A DNA stretch of 64,000 bases, from contig JACQOR010000078.1 of the NCBI GenBank assembly GCA_016202435.1, forward strand, positions 4,325-68,324. Reading direction: 5' to 3'. The notes under the pieces are model-generated. The model searched no databases, was not told the origin of the DNA, and saw nothing but the letters and a program-made list of their open reading frames with translations. Shown piece by piece: positions 38,523 to 47,681 of the stretch; positions within the stretch are counted from its first letter, which is position 1, and every line of letters begins with the position of its first letter. A program made the translations under genes and the position numbers. The DNA comes from Chloroflexota bacterium (GTDB lineage Bacteria > Chloroflexota > UBA6077 > SHYK01).

Positions 38523-39896
38523 TCAGTCGCGAACTACACCGGGGACAGTTCGCCGTCCCACCTGGACGACGCGGCGCAGCGTCTGGCCCTCTTTGATGTC
38601 GAAAAGTGGAATGATCGGGAAGATCTTCGAGAAAACGAGAATCCCCGTGGAAACGATGGCGAAAGTGAAGGCGACCAGCAGCCACTCGATGGGCTGGGGC
38701 TGATACACGGTCACCCAGCTGAAGGGGAATGCCTGCTTGTTGGAAAGCGGAGGGACGATGAGGATGTAGCGCTCCATCCACATGCCGACGTTGACGCAGA
38801 TTGATGTCCAGAACATCCACTTCACGCTTCGCCGCACGTTTCTGAAGAGCCAGAGGGGAACCGGGATCAGATAGGCCGTGAGCAAGAAGAGCGGGAAGAG
38901 TACGTTGTACGGAGGCTCGAAAATGCGCAGGTTCCAGATGCCGATCTCCATCTCGTCGCGCGAGAAGATGCCGTAGTAGAAGTCCATCCCGAAGAAGAAG
39001 AGCCACGTCGTCGAAACCACGACCAGGAGACGGCCCAGCGAGTCAAAGTGATCGTCCGTGATGTAGTCCTCGAGGTGAAAAATCCACCTGAGGATGGCCA
39101 TGAGCGTCGCGACTGCTGAGACGCCGGAATGGACCGCGCCGATAACGAAATACGGTGGGAAGACGGTGGAATGCCAGCCCGGGACGAGTGCCATGGCAAA
39201 GTCCCAGGACACGATAGAGTGCACTGAGACGAAGACGGGCAGGATGAGGGCGGAGAGCAGGATGCCGGCGATCGCCTGAAGTCGCCATTGGCGTTTCGTC
39301 CCCTGAAAACCCATGGCAGCGGCGGCATAGATCGCATGCATGACACCCAGAGAGCGATCCCGAGCGACGGAGAGGTCAGGGATGAGTGCAACGTACACGA
39401 ACATCACGCTGCTGAGCAGATAGGTAAAAATGGCGCTGGGATCCCAGACCAGCGCGGAACGCACGTCCGGCCAGATGGCCCGGCTGAAGTCGAAAGGGAA
39501 TTCCCAGTAGAGCGTTCGCCACGGCCGTCCGCTGTGCAGGATGGGCATCAACATCGCGGTGGCCAGTGAGAAGACCGTGAGGATCTCTGCCCCCCGAGTG
39601 ACCGGTCGGCGCCACTCGGCCTGAGTCAAACGAAGAATGGCGGAGATCATGACGCCCGCATGGCTGATGCCGATCCAGAACACGAAGTTCGTGATGAGCA
39701 CCGCCCACTGGGCCTGGTTGTTGTAGCCTAGGAACTGGAGCCCCCCGCCGATCATGATGGCGAACGAGATCGTCCCCGCGCCGATGACCGTACCCAGGCC
39801 GGCCGCCGCGACCCAGAACCACATCGGCGTGTGGAGCGGGAACTTGAGCAGGTCGTCGTTGATCTTGGGTGAGGAGAGCTCACGCCATTCTTGCAT
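38523..39896 (-). CDS. ACIII NrfD/PsrC-family integral membrane subunit (ActC-like)
   Basis: ~10 TM; ITNFVFWIGISHAGVMISAILRL and LVPGWHSTVFPPYFV motifs typical of the NrfD family; ATG 39896 after AGGAGG. Confidence 0.8.
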   Translation of the reverse strand: MQEWRELSSPKINDDLLKFPLHTPMWFWVAAAGLGTVIGAGTISFAIMIGGGLQFLGYNNQAQWAVLITNFVFWIGISHAGVMISAILRLTQAEWRRPVTRGAEILTVFSLATAMLMPILHSGRPWRTLYWEFPFDFSRAIWPDVRSALVWDPSAIFTYLLSSVMFVYVALIPDLSVARDRSLGVMHAIYAAAAMGFQGTKRQWRLQAIAGILLSALILPVFVSVHSIVSWDFAMALVPGWHSTVFPPYFVIGAVHSGVSAVATLMAILRWIFHLEDYITDDHFDSLGRLLVVVSTTWLFFFGMDFYYGIFSRDEMEIGIWNLRIFEPPYNVLFPLFLLTAYLIPVPLWLFRNVRRSVKWMFWTSICVNVGMWMERYILIVPPLSNKQAFPFSWVTVYQPQPIEWLLVAFTFAIVSTGILVFSKIFPIIPLFDIKEGQTLRRVVQVGRRTVPGVVRD

Positions 39897-39909
39897 CAAG
39901 CCTCCTGGG

Positions 39910-41226
39910 CTAGCGGGGCTTCGCCACGACGGCGACTTCGGTCTTCAGGAAAGGCTGCTCCACCTTCAACAAAAGCCCGGTCTTGAGTTCCCACAGGCAG
40001 ATCGCCGGTACCAGGCGCAGGGTGAGGAGGTAGAGGAACCCCACCGCGGAGACGGCGCCCATGAACACCAGCACGTCCATGAGGTCGGGCATCTGGGCCG
40101 GCGGCGCGAACTCGAGATGTGTTCCCACAGGACTGACCACCGACCACGACGCAACGTAGATGCGAACTCGGTCGATGAGATTGCCGAAGAAGATGATGCC
40201 CGCCACGAAGATTGGGCCTCGGATACTGACTCGGATGGGGTTCCAGATGAGCAGGGCCAGGGGGAGGACGAAGTTCATGCAGAAAGAAGCGATGAAGAGC
40301 GCCATGTAGGGGCCGAACATGAATAGATCGAGGAGGAATCTTTCGCTGGCCTGGCGACCGTACCAGTTGGTCAGCAACTCGGACCAGGTGAGATAGAAGA
40401 AGAGGAGTGACAACCCGAGGAGGAGCTTCGAGGCACCCCAGAAGACATCGAGTCCGATGTAACGGTCCAGCCCGCCGAATCGCCTCAGGGCTCCCGCGGT
40501 CAGGAGCGTGGTGGCGAGACCGCCCTGAAGGCCCGAGATGGCGTGGTATGGCGGGATGATGGCGCTATGCCAACCCGGAACCAGGCTGATAGCCAGGTCG
40601 CTCACGATGAACACGTGCACGAAGACGAAAACCATCAGATAGAAAGCGCCCAGCACCACGAGACCGGCAGTGAGGACGTCCCACTGACGACTGCCGCCGA
40701 ACCAGCCCTGCCCCGCGGTTCCCCTGGTTACCGCGCGGTCCGGACGGGACGAGAAATAGAGGATCGCGAGGCCGGTAAAGGTCAACAGCGCCATCATGAT
40801 GCTGTCCCAGAGCTGAGGACCGCCGGGCCAATCAAACCAGATGCTCGGACGGCCATGAAAGTCCGGGAGCTGGAAGAGTAGAAACATGAAAAGGGGCGTG
40901 GTTACGAGGCCGCCGATCGCACCGATCTCAGCGATCCGACGGATCGGCAGCGCCCAGTAGCCTTTTGCGAGGCGGGTGGCGAAGGCCACCATCGGCATGG
41001 CCTGCGCGGTGGATGCGAGGAATGCCAGCGCCGCGGCGGAATAGCCCCATCTGGAGTAGAGGTGCGGACCGCCCATGATCATGGAGATAAGGGCGAACAA
41101 CCCAATCAGCGTCAGTATCGCGAGGATCAGCATGGCCACGGTCGAGCCCGCGCGTCCCATCCGGACGCGGGCATCACGGGTGGCCTGCTCGGCCGTCAGG
41201 GGCTCGGCGTGTGGGAGATGGGCCAT
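39910..41226 (-). CDS. ACIII second NrfD-family membrane subunit (ActF-like)
   Basis: Paralogous to the downstream gene (LVPGWHSAIIPPYHAISG); ATG at 41226 chosen because the longer ORF to 41481 overlaps actB2. Confidence 0.7.
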   Translation of the reverse strand: MAHLPHAEPLTAEQATRDARVRMGRAGSTVAMLILAILTLIGLFALISMIMGGPHLYSRWGYSAAALAFLASTAQAMPMVAFATRLAKGYWALPIRRIAEIGAIGGLVTTPLFMFLLFQLPDFHGRPSIWFDWPGGPQLWDSIMMALLTFTGLAILYFSSRPDRAVTRGTAGQGWFGGSRQWDVLTAGLVVLGAFYLMVFVFVHVFIVSDLAISLVPGWHSAIIPPYHAISGLQGGLATTLLTAGALRRFGGLDRYIGLDVFWGASKLLLGLSLLFFYLTWSELLTNWYGRQASERFLLDLFMFGPYMALFIASFCMNFVLPLALLIWNPIRVSIRGPIFVAGIIFFGNLIDRVRIYVASWSVVSPVGTHLEFAPPAQMPDLMDVLVFMGAVSAVGFLYLLTLRLVPAICLWELKTGLLLKVEQPFLKTEVAVVAKPR

Positions 41227-41243
41227 CCAGTCCTCGTCGAAAA

Positions 41244-42056
41244 CTAGCCGCTGATTACGGGGAGCGAGCGAGTTGCGTGTTGCGCCGGCGCACCGGCGTG
41301 CTCCGGACCATGTCCGGTGTAGTTGGGGTCCACCTTCTTCAAATAGACCAGATTGGGCTGAGTTCCCAGTTCGTCCAGCATGTGGTACGCCCGAGTCCCG
41401 TTCGCCAGGCGGTTGATCCGGCTGTTCCGGTCTTTCCAGTCGCCGAAGACGATGGCGCTCGTGGGGCAGGCTTGCGCGCACGCTGGCTGGAGATCTCCGT
41501 CGGCCATGGGGCGCCCCTGTCGGGCTTCTTCACGCTTGGCGCGATTGATTCGCTGCAAGCACATGGAGCACTTCTCTATCAGTCCTTGCGTACGGACAGT
41601 CACGTCCGGGTTGAGCTGCGCGTGCAGCGACTCGGGCCACCGGTGCGGTTCCCAGTTGAAAACTCGCACCGAGTAGGGGCAGTTGTTGCCGCAATAGCGA
41701 GTTCCCACGCAGCGGTTGTAGGTCTGGACATTGAGCCCTTCGGTACTGTGCTGAATCGCATATACCGGGCAGACCGGTTCGCACGGCGCGTTTCCGCAAT
41801 GCTGGCAGGTCACGGGAATGAAGCGGGCTTTGACGTTGGGGAACTCGCCCTCCCAGTACCGCTCAATCCGAATCCATTCCATGGCTCGATGCTTGACGAA
41901 ATGGTCCGCGGTGTTGAGCGGGATGTTGTTTTCGGCCTGACAGGCCACCACGCATGCCTGGCAGCCCGTGCAGAGGTCGACGTCGATAACCATTCCCCAC
42001 TTGTGCAGGCTGTCGACTGCCCCACTTTGCACGGGGGCCTGTGCCGCGTCAGCCAT
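41244..42056 (-). CDS. actB: ACIII iron-sulfur subunit (ActB2-like, 4x[4Fe-4S] ferredoxin domain) as a separate ORF
   Basis: CTGCQACVVAC, CQHCGNAPCEPVCP, CVGTRYCGNNCPY, CAQACP clusters. Confidence 0.85.
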   Translation of the reverse strand: MADAAQAPVQSGAVDSLHKWGMVIDVDLCTGCQACVVACQAENNIPLNTADHFVKHRAMEWIRIERYWEGEFPNVKARFIPVTCQHCGNAPCEPVCPVYAIQHSTEGLNVQTYNRCVGTRYCGNNCPYSVRVFNWEPHRWPESLHAQLNPDVTVRTQGLIEKCSMCLQRINRAKREEARQGRPMADGDLQPACAQACPTSAIVFGDWKDRNSRINRLANGTRAYHMLDELGTQPNLVYLKKVDPNYTGHGPEHAGAPAQHATRSLPVISG

Positions 42057-42109
42057 CTTGTTCCCTCCGGAGGCTCGTCAGCATCTTGGGAGCGCCTGAG
42101 CGCGGCGGC

Positions 42110-44422
42110 TCAGGCGTCACGGGTGATTTTCAGGATCTGGAACTCTTCGATCTGCACCGACTCAGCGGTCCCCTCGTACTTGGGCAAGCTCATACGTCGA
42201 CCGGTCTTCACCAGCCGGGCGCGGGTCGCGCCGTACGCCAGGGCACCGGTTGCTTGATCGGTCACGGGGGCCACAATGTCCAACGGATTTGCGCCGCGCC
42301 TTTCGGCCCACCGCCCGTATGACGTATGCCCCTGCCCTAGGGGCACGGCGAGGACGGATGGAGAAGCCGCGGGGTGCACGTAGACGGGCAAGTCGATCCG
42401 GCCTCGGGGCGTCTCGATGCCAACGATGTCGCCTTCGATCAGCCCCATCTCCCTGGCGGTTTGCGGGTTGACCTCTACCCAGGTCTGCCACGTCGCGCTA
42501 GTCATCGGATCGGGCGCGGCCTGGAGCCAGGGGAGGTGGGCATTCTCGCCGCTACCCAGCGTATTGTGTGGGAAGAGGACGAGGTTGAACGGGTAGTCCC
42601 GATCCCCACCATCAAACTGGGGCGCCGGGAACGTAGAGGTGAGACGCGTCACGTCGGGCACAGCGGCAGCTTGTCGGCTCTCTCCCGTTCTGCCTTCGTC
42701 CCACCAGCCGCCCTGCTGGAGCATACGCACCCAGAATCGCTCAAAGCCGGTCTCTCGAACGCTCCCTCGTCCTTCCGTGTGGAGAGGCCGGATCCGCTCG
42801 CGCAGCAGGTCCTTGAAAGTGGGCCAGGGAAGCGCTTCGCGGATGGGGCTTCCCAACTCCTCACCGAGTGTTAAGACCACGTCCCAGAAGCTCCGTGTGT
42901 CGTAGAGCGGACGAACGGTCGGCTGCTGGACGGTGTGTATCTGGAAGCCGGGCGCAGGATCCGGGACGTCGTCGCCCCACTCCTCCAGGGGGAGGTGTGA
43001 AGGCAATATCAGGTCCGCCATGAGCGTCGTCTCATCCCGGAAGCTTGAGAAACTCGCGACGAATGGCGCGTTGGCCAGGGCCTCCTGGAAACGCAGCGCT
43101 CCGGGCGAGTCGAAAACGGGGTTGGCATCCTTCACCAGGACGGCCTGGATGCCGCCGCCGCGGATGCGCTCGGTCAGGCTCTGCCAGTCCCGGAGTGAGT
43201 CGCGCCTGGGGTTCACGGTGAGGCCATTGATCGCCGGACCCGGATTGGGCAGTACGCCGCCCGCCCGGCCAATGTTGCCGGCGAGCAGATTCAAAGCAAA
43301 GATGGCGGTGAGTGATTCAGTGCTGTTGGTGTGCGTGCTCACTGTGCCGCCACCGATGGCCAGGGCCGGGCGTTGCGTCCCGAAGGCTCTGGCGATCTGG
43401 CGGATGCGCTCGGCGGGGACTCCTATCTGCTCCCACACGCGATCTGGCGCGTAGTTGTCCAGGGCGCGTGGCCCACCGACGAGCCGAGCACCCTCGGCAT
43501 CCGCGGCGCCTCCCGCCAACATGACCTGACCGATTGCTAATGCAAGCAAGCCCTCGCTGCCCGGCTTGACCCACAGCCACTCGTCGGCACTGGCACCGGT
43601 GGCGGTGAGGCGGGGCTCAACCTGTACCAAGTAGCCCCTTTGCGGGCTGGTCTTGGGACGGAATTGACCGGCGCGATAGTCACCCTGGCGGAAGCGACCG
43701 TACTCGACGCTGTGGTGGACCTGCGACAGCCACGGGCCGAGGAAATCGGCACCAAAAGAAAGCACATAGCGCGCGTTCTGGAAATCGAACTCGGGAAGGA
43801 TCTCGCTGCCGAAGGCCCGGCGGGCGGCCTCCCGGAGTGGGGCCTCGCCGGTGAGATCGAGCGCGTGCCACTGAAGTCCATAGGCCGCGGCGAATCGCTC
43901 GACCAGGAAATGGCGGTGAGCGCGCAAAGGATTGGTGATGAGCGCGACTTCGGACTGCCGACCCTGACGGCGAATTTGCTCCAGTCGGCCTCGGAGCGTG
44001 TCCAGAGCCTCGTCCCAGGAGATGTCCAGGAACGACCCGGATCCTCGGTCGCCGGTTCGCTTCATGGGGCCCTGTAGGCGATCCGGGTGGTACTGTTCCT
44101 GCACGGTGGCCTGGCCACGCGCGCACAGCTTGCCCAGGTTCAGCGGATGATCCGGATTGCCTTCAACTTTCTTGGCCTGGCCATCGATCACGCGAATGAT
44201 CGTGCCGCATCCCGCGGGGCAGGCACGGCAAACGGTTGCATAGTAGTTCTCGTAGCCGGTGAGGATGTCCTCAGCCATCTGCGGTCGGCTCTGGATCATG
44301 AACTCGCGTGCGGGAATCTGGCACCCGGTGAAGACCACAGCTCCGGCAGAAGTGGTAGCCGCGGCCTGCAGGAACTGCCTGCGCGTTACCCCGCCTTGAC
44401 CGCCACGCGATCCGTCAGCCAC
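42110..44422 (-). CDS. actB: ACIII molybdopterin-oxidoreductase-like subunit (ActB1-like) with Tat signal
   Basis: GTG start; RRQFLQAAATTSAGAVV twin-arginine signal; N-terminal CRACPAGCG...C FeS motif; MopB-family length. Confidence 0.85.
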   Translation of the reverse strand: MADGSRGGQGGVTRRQFLQAAATTSAGAVVFTGCQIPAREFMIQSRPQMAEDILTGYENYYATVCRACPAGCGTIIRVIDGQAKKVEGNPDHPLNLGKLCARGQATVQEQYHPDRLQGPMKRTGDRGSGSFLDISWDEALDTLRGRLEQIRRQGRQSEVALITNPLRAHRHFLVERFAAAYGLQWHALDLTGEAPLREAARRAFGSEILPEFDFQNARYVLSFGADFLGPWLSQVHHSVEYGRFRQGDYRAGQFRPKTSPQRGYLVQVEPRLTATGASADEWLWVKPGSEGLLALAIGQVMLAGGAADAEGARLVGGPRALDNYAPDRVWEQIGVPAERIRQIARAFGTQRPALAIGGGTVSTHTNSTESLTAIFALNLLAGNIGRAGGVLPNPGPAINGLTVNPRRDSLRDWQSLTERIRGGGIQAVLVKDANPVFDSPGALRFQEALANAPFVASFSSFRDETTLMADLILPSHLPLEEWGDDVPDPAPGFQIHTVQQPTVRPLYDTRSFWDVVLTLGEELGSPIREALPWPTFKDLLRERIRPLHTEGRGSVRETGFERFWVRMLQQGGWWDEGRTGESRQAAAVPDVTRLTSTFPAPQFDGGDRDYPFNLVLFPHNTLGSGENAHLPWLQAAPDPMTSATWQTWVEVNPQTAREMGLIEGDIVGIETPRGRIDLPVYVHPAASPSVLAVPLGQGHTSYGRWAERRGANPLDIVAPVTDQATGALAYGATRARLVKTGRRMSLPKYEGTAESVQIEEFQILKITRDA

Positions 44423-44439
44423 GAATGCCCTCTTTCAAC

Positions 44440-45069
44440 TCACTTGTGACAGGTGGCGCACTCGGTGGGGGCGCCCCGGCGTTCGGTAGAACCGGCGCTG
44501 CCCACACTGACGACGCTGTTCTGACGATGGCAGGCGAGGCAGTCCCCCATGTTGAGCGGGCGCACTTGAACGACCTGCCCCATAGCGGCCACGTCGCCGT
44601 GGCACGTAGCGCAGTCGAATCCTGCCCGGATGTGCGGCTCGTGGGTAAACCGTGTGTGATCGGGAAGCCGGTGTACCCTTTCCCAGTCGATGGGTCGCTG
44701 CTGCTGCCAGCTCAGGCGGAGCTTGTCAATTTCGGCCTGAGCGCCGGCGGTATCGAGACCGAGTCCGGGAGCGCCCAGTGAGGATTGTGCTACCGCGGTG
44801 TGGCAGAACATGCATTGCTGGACGTCCGGCAAACCGGCAGTCATACCGCCGATTCTGCCGCCCTGGTCGGTTCCTCGGTGGCAGAAGGCACAGTCGATAC
44901 CGACCTGGCCAGCGTGAACGCTGTGGTCGAAAGCGATCGGCTCGTTGGGGGGTGGTTTCAACGTGTTCTGAAGGAGTCGCGGTGCGATCAGCGTGATGAA
45001 GATGATGACGGTGAACAGCGCGGCGGGGATGGAAGCAACGATGAGGGCTCGTCGGAGATCGAGACCCAT
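44440..45069 (-). CDS. actA: ACIII pentaheme cytochrome c subunit ActA
   Basis: N-terminal TM anchor; five CxxCH sites (CAFCH, CMFCH, CATCH, CLACH, CATCH). Confidence 0.85.
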   Translation of the reverse strand: MGLDLRRALIVASIPAALFTVIIFITLIAPRLLQNTLKPPPNEPIAFDHSVHAGQVGIDCAFCHRGTDQGGRIGGMTAGLPDVQQCMFCHTAVAQSSLGAPGLGLDTAGAQAEIDKLRLSWQQQRPIDWERVHRLPDHTRFTHEPHIRAGFDCATCHGDVAAMGQVVQVRPLNMGDCLACHRQNSVVSVGSAGSTERRGAPTECATCHK

Positions 45070-45366
45070 TTAGATTGCGAACCGCGGGTAGATCTGGTCC
45101 ATCAATGCGATCGCCAGCGGGATGACGCGAAAGAAAAAAGCATAAGCCGCTGCTACCAGGGAGACGGCGGCCAGTGGGTACAGAAAGCGGCGGAAAGCGC
45201 CGAGACTGGGGGCAACGTCGCCAGTGATGACCAGCGAGGGGATGACGCCGTGGGCGATGAGGAAGGTAACCGCCGTGTTGACCATCAGAATGACGAAAAG
45301 CACGAGGCTGTTCAGGGCCTGGGTCATGAGGACCCACGTGTCGGGTCCAGCTACGCGCGGATCCAT
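45070..45366 (-). CDS. Small membrane protein, first gene of the ACIII operon
   Basis: 98 aa, three hydrophobic segments; its TAA stop directly abuts the actA ATG. Confidence 0.5.
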   Translation of the reverse strand: MDPRVAGPDTWVLMTQALNSLVLFVILMVNTAVTFLIAHGVIPSLVITGDVAPSLGAFRRFLYPLAAVSLVAAAYAFFFRVIPLAIALMDQIYPRFAI

Positions 45367-45408
45367 GGTTCCCTAACCTCAATGGAAGCTAGGCCGAGGA
45401 AACGGAGA

Positions 45409-45431
45409 GGCGCCTCCGAACTAGAGGCGCC
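45409..45431 (-). terminator. GC-rich hairpin between the cytochrome c gene and the ACIII operon
   Basis: GGCGCCTC / 7-nt loop / GAGGCGCC; on the minus strand it is followed by UCUCCGUUUCCUC (only moderately U-rich). Confidence 0.3.
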
Positions 45432-45521
45432 GAGGGGCGAACGACGACCGCCGCCGGGGGACCGCTCGCAAACCCGCCCATTCTGTAGCATCGTCTGAGA
45501 GAGCCGCAAGGTCATATCTCG

Positions 45522-45992
45522 CTAGCGAACCTGAGCGTTATACGGGTAGCTATAGAGAAGCGCCACCAGATCTTGGGCCTGCTGATCGGTTAGTCCGAGA
45601 TTGGGCATGATCGTGCCGGGCTTCATGGCGGGCGGATTCATGAGCCAGCGTGCCATCTGGTCCGGAGTATTGGGGAAGCTTGCTTCCGTGAGTGTTGGCC
45701 GAAGTGAGACGTTGGTCAGGTTCGGGCCGAGGACCCCAGTCGCACTGGGGACGCCCTGGAGAGTGTGGCAGGTCACGCATCCTTTTTCTACGAACGTGGT
45801 CCGGCCGCGCTCGGGGCTGCCGGCTACCCCCGGCGCAGGTGTGAGGCGTGGCAGCTGTTCCGGAGCGGTGGAGACCCGGGTTTGAGCCGCGGAGGGGGGC
45901 GCCCCGCACGCGGAAATCAGAAATAGGCTAACGAGCCCCACAGCGAAGGTCAACGTGAGGCCGCCGGGACGAATGCTGCGTGCGCTGAACAC
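45522..45992 (-). CDS. Lipoprotein class-I c-type cytochrome
   Basis: GTG at 45992 preceded by GGAGGGG at 6 nt; signal + lipobox LFLISAC; single CVTCH heme site; the longer ORF to 46472 is rejected. Confidence 0.75.
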   Translation of the reverse strand: MFSARSIRPGGLTLTFAVGLVSLFLISACGAPPSAAQTRVSTAPEQLPRLTPAPGVAGSPERGRTTFVEKGCVTCHTLQGVPSATGVLGPNLTNVSLRPTLTEASFPNTPDQMARWLMNPPAMKPGTIMPNLGLTDQQAQDLVALLYSYPYNAQVR

Positions 45993-46214
45993 GTACTGCC
46001 CCTCCACACACAAACGGCCGCCCGAGCGTTCGTTGGGGCTCATGGACGGCACGCGACACGATGTTAGGACAACGCAGGGTGCTTGCGCCAGCGCGCGCCC
46101 CCGCGAATGGCGTTGCGCGAGTTCCGTTCGTGCCAATTTCCTACGAAGGTGGAGCGTGCGGCTCGGCTGGCTAGAATTGGGCGTCCCGCACTCGCGTTTT
46201 GGAGGTCGGCCACT

Positions 46215-47627
46215 TTGGCATTGGAGGCGGTCGCTGACCGCTTGAGCGCCGCGCTTGGGCCTCACAAAGTGATTACCGATCCGAACCGATTGGCGGGGTA
46301 TCGAGGGATTGCGTGGGGCGCCGCGGCATCCAGGAACGATCTCGCGTGGCCGGTTGGCCCGCCCGCCGCAGTCGCGGTTCCCGCTTCGACGGACGACGTT
46401 GTCGCGGTGATCGGCGTGGCCCGGGAGACGCGCACTCCCGTCGTTCCTTACGGCGCCGGCACGGGGGTGCATGCCGGCGCCGCGCCGCTCCAGGGGTCCA
46501 TCGTGGTCGACGTGGGTGCAATGAACCAGGTCATGGCTATCAGCCGGACTGATCGCTCAGCGCGCGTCCAGCCGGGGGTACTGCTCGGCGCTCTCGACCG
46601 GATCTCCGCTGAACACGGCCTCATGATGGGGCACGACCCCTGGAGTCAGCCGATCGCATCCGTCGGCGGCGCCGTGTCGACAAACGGGGTCGGCTATCTG
46701 GCTGGGAAATACGGATCCATGGGGGAACAGGTACTCGGGCTAGAGGTAGTGCTGGGGACGGGGCAGATCGTGCGAGTACGGGCCCTTCCCAAGACGTCAA
46801 CGGGTCCGCAGATGCGCCATTTCTTCATTGGCGCAGAAGGAGTCTTGGGCGTAATCACCGAGGTCACCTTGCGCCTCTATCCAATTCCGGAGCGGCGAAG
46901 TGTGGCCGGGTACTGGTTCCCTCGCTTTGAGGATGGCCTGGCTGCGGTCCTCGACATGGTAGCGATCCAGCTGCGGCCTTCGATGATTGACTACGAAGAG
47001 GACTCGTCGCGCGAGCAAGCCGTGCTGGGGCTCCTGGTCGACGTGCCGTCGGCGATGTACCTGGCGTTCGAGGGCTTTCGGGAGGAGGTAGCGGCTCAGA
47101 CGGTTCGCGCAGACGCCATCTGTCGGGCGCACCTGGCGACGCCGATGTCACGAGAGGCTCCTCGGAAATTCTGGGATACACGCCATGAAGCCTCAGATCG
47201 TTGGGTGGAGCAGCGGAAACGTGGCGAGGTGGCCTCGGCGCAATGGACGACGGCTAGTCTGCCGAACGTGAGCCTTCCGGTTTCGGCAATTCAGGAGTTT
47301 CGAGAGCGGGCTGCCCGAGAACTGGCGCCGTATCGCTTGGCGATTCAGGCTTCGGGGCTCTGGGGGATGCCGGAGCTCTTCTCGGTTCGCTTTGTGCATG
47401 TGGCGCCCGGCGATCCGCAGGCCGCAGATGAGCTTGACGCAGGCACCGATGCCGGACTGCGGCTGGTCCAGGAACTGGGCGGATCGATGGAGTACTGTCA
47501 CGGCGTGGGCCTGACGCTCGCGCATTTGATGCCCAATGAATGGGGGGTAGGGCTCGAGGCGCTCCGCCGCGTGAAGGGCGCGCTCGATCCGGACCACATC
47601 CTCAATCCGGGGAAGCTGGGACTCTAG
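46215..47627 (+). CDS. FAD-linked oxidase (GlcD / D-lactate dehydrogenase family)
   Basis: FAD_binding_4 pattern (VVPYGAGTG, GSIVVD...MN), C-terminal oxidase domain; TTG at 46215 with GGAGG SD preferred over the ORF start at 46083. Confidence 0.8.
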   Translation: MALEAVADRLSAALGPHKVITDPNRLAGYRGIAWGAAASRNDLAWPVGPPAAVAVPASTDDVVAVIGVARETRTPVVPYGAGTGVHAGAAPLQGSIVVDVGAMNQVMAISRTDRSARVQPGVLLGALDRISAEHGLMMGHDPWSQPIASVGGAVSTNGVGYLAGKYGSMGEQVLGLEVVLGTGQIVRVRALPKTSTGPQMRHFFIGAEGVLGVITEVTLRLYPIPERRSVAGYWFPRFEDGLAAVLDMVAIQLRPSMIDYEEDSSREQAVLGLLVDVPSAMYLAFEGFREEVAAQTVRADAICRAHLATPMSREAPRKFWDTRHEASDRWVEQRKRGEVASAQWTTASLPNVSLPVSAIQEFRERAARELAPYRLAIQASGLWGMPELFSVRFVHVAPGDPQAADELDAGTDAGLRLVQELGGSMEYCHGVGLTLAHLMPNEWGVGLEALRRVKGALDPDHILNPGKLGL

Positions 47628-47681
47628 ACGTCACCCCAAGTTCTGGTCAGCTCGAACTGAGATAACCGCGAGCTCCGGTTC

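Noticed and set aside
45522-46472. 316-aa version of the cytochrome c ORF, and likewise the 523-aa version of the NrfD-like ORF (39910-41481)
   Set aside because: The N-terminal extensions are Arg/Pro-rich and overlap neighbouring genes. Internal starts with an SD (GTG 45992, ATG 41226) give canonical signal-peptide or TM N-termini.
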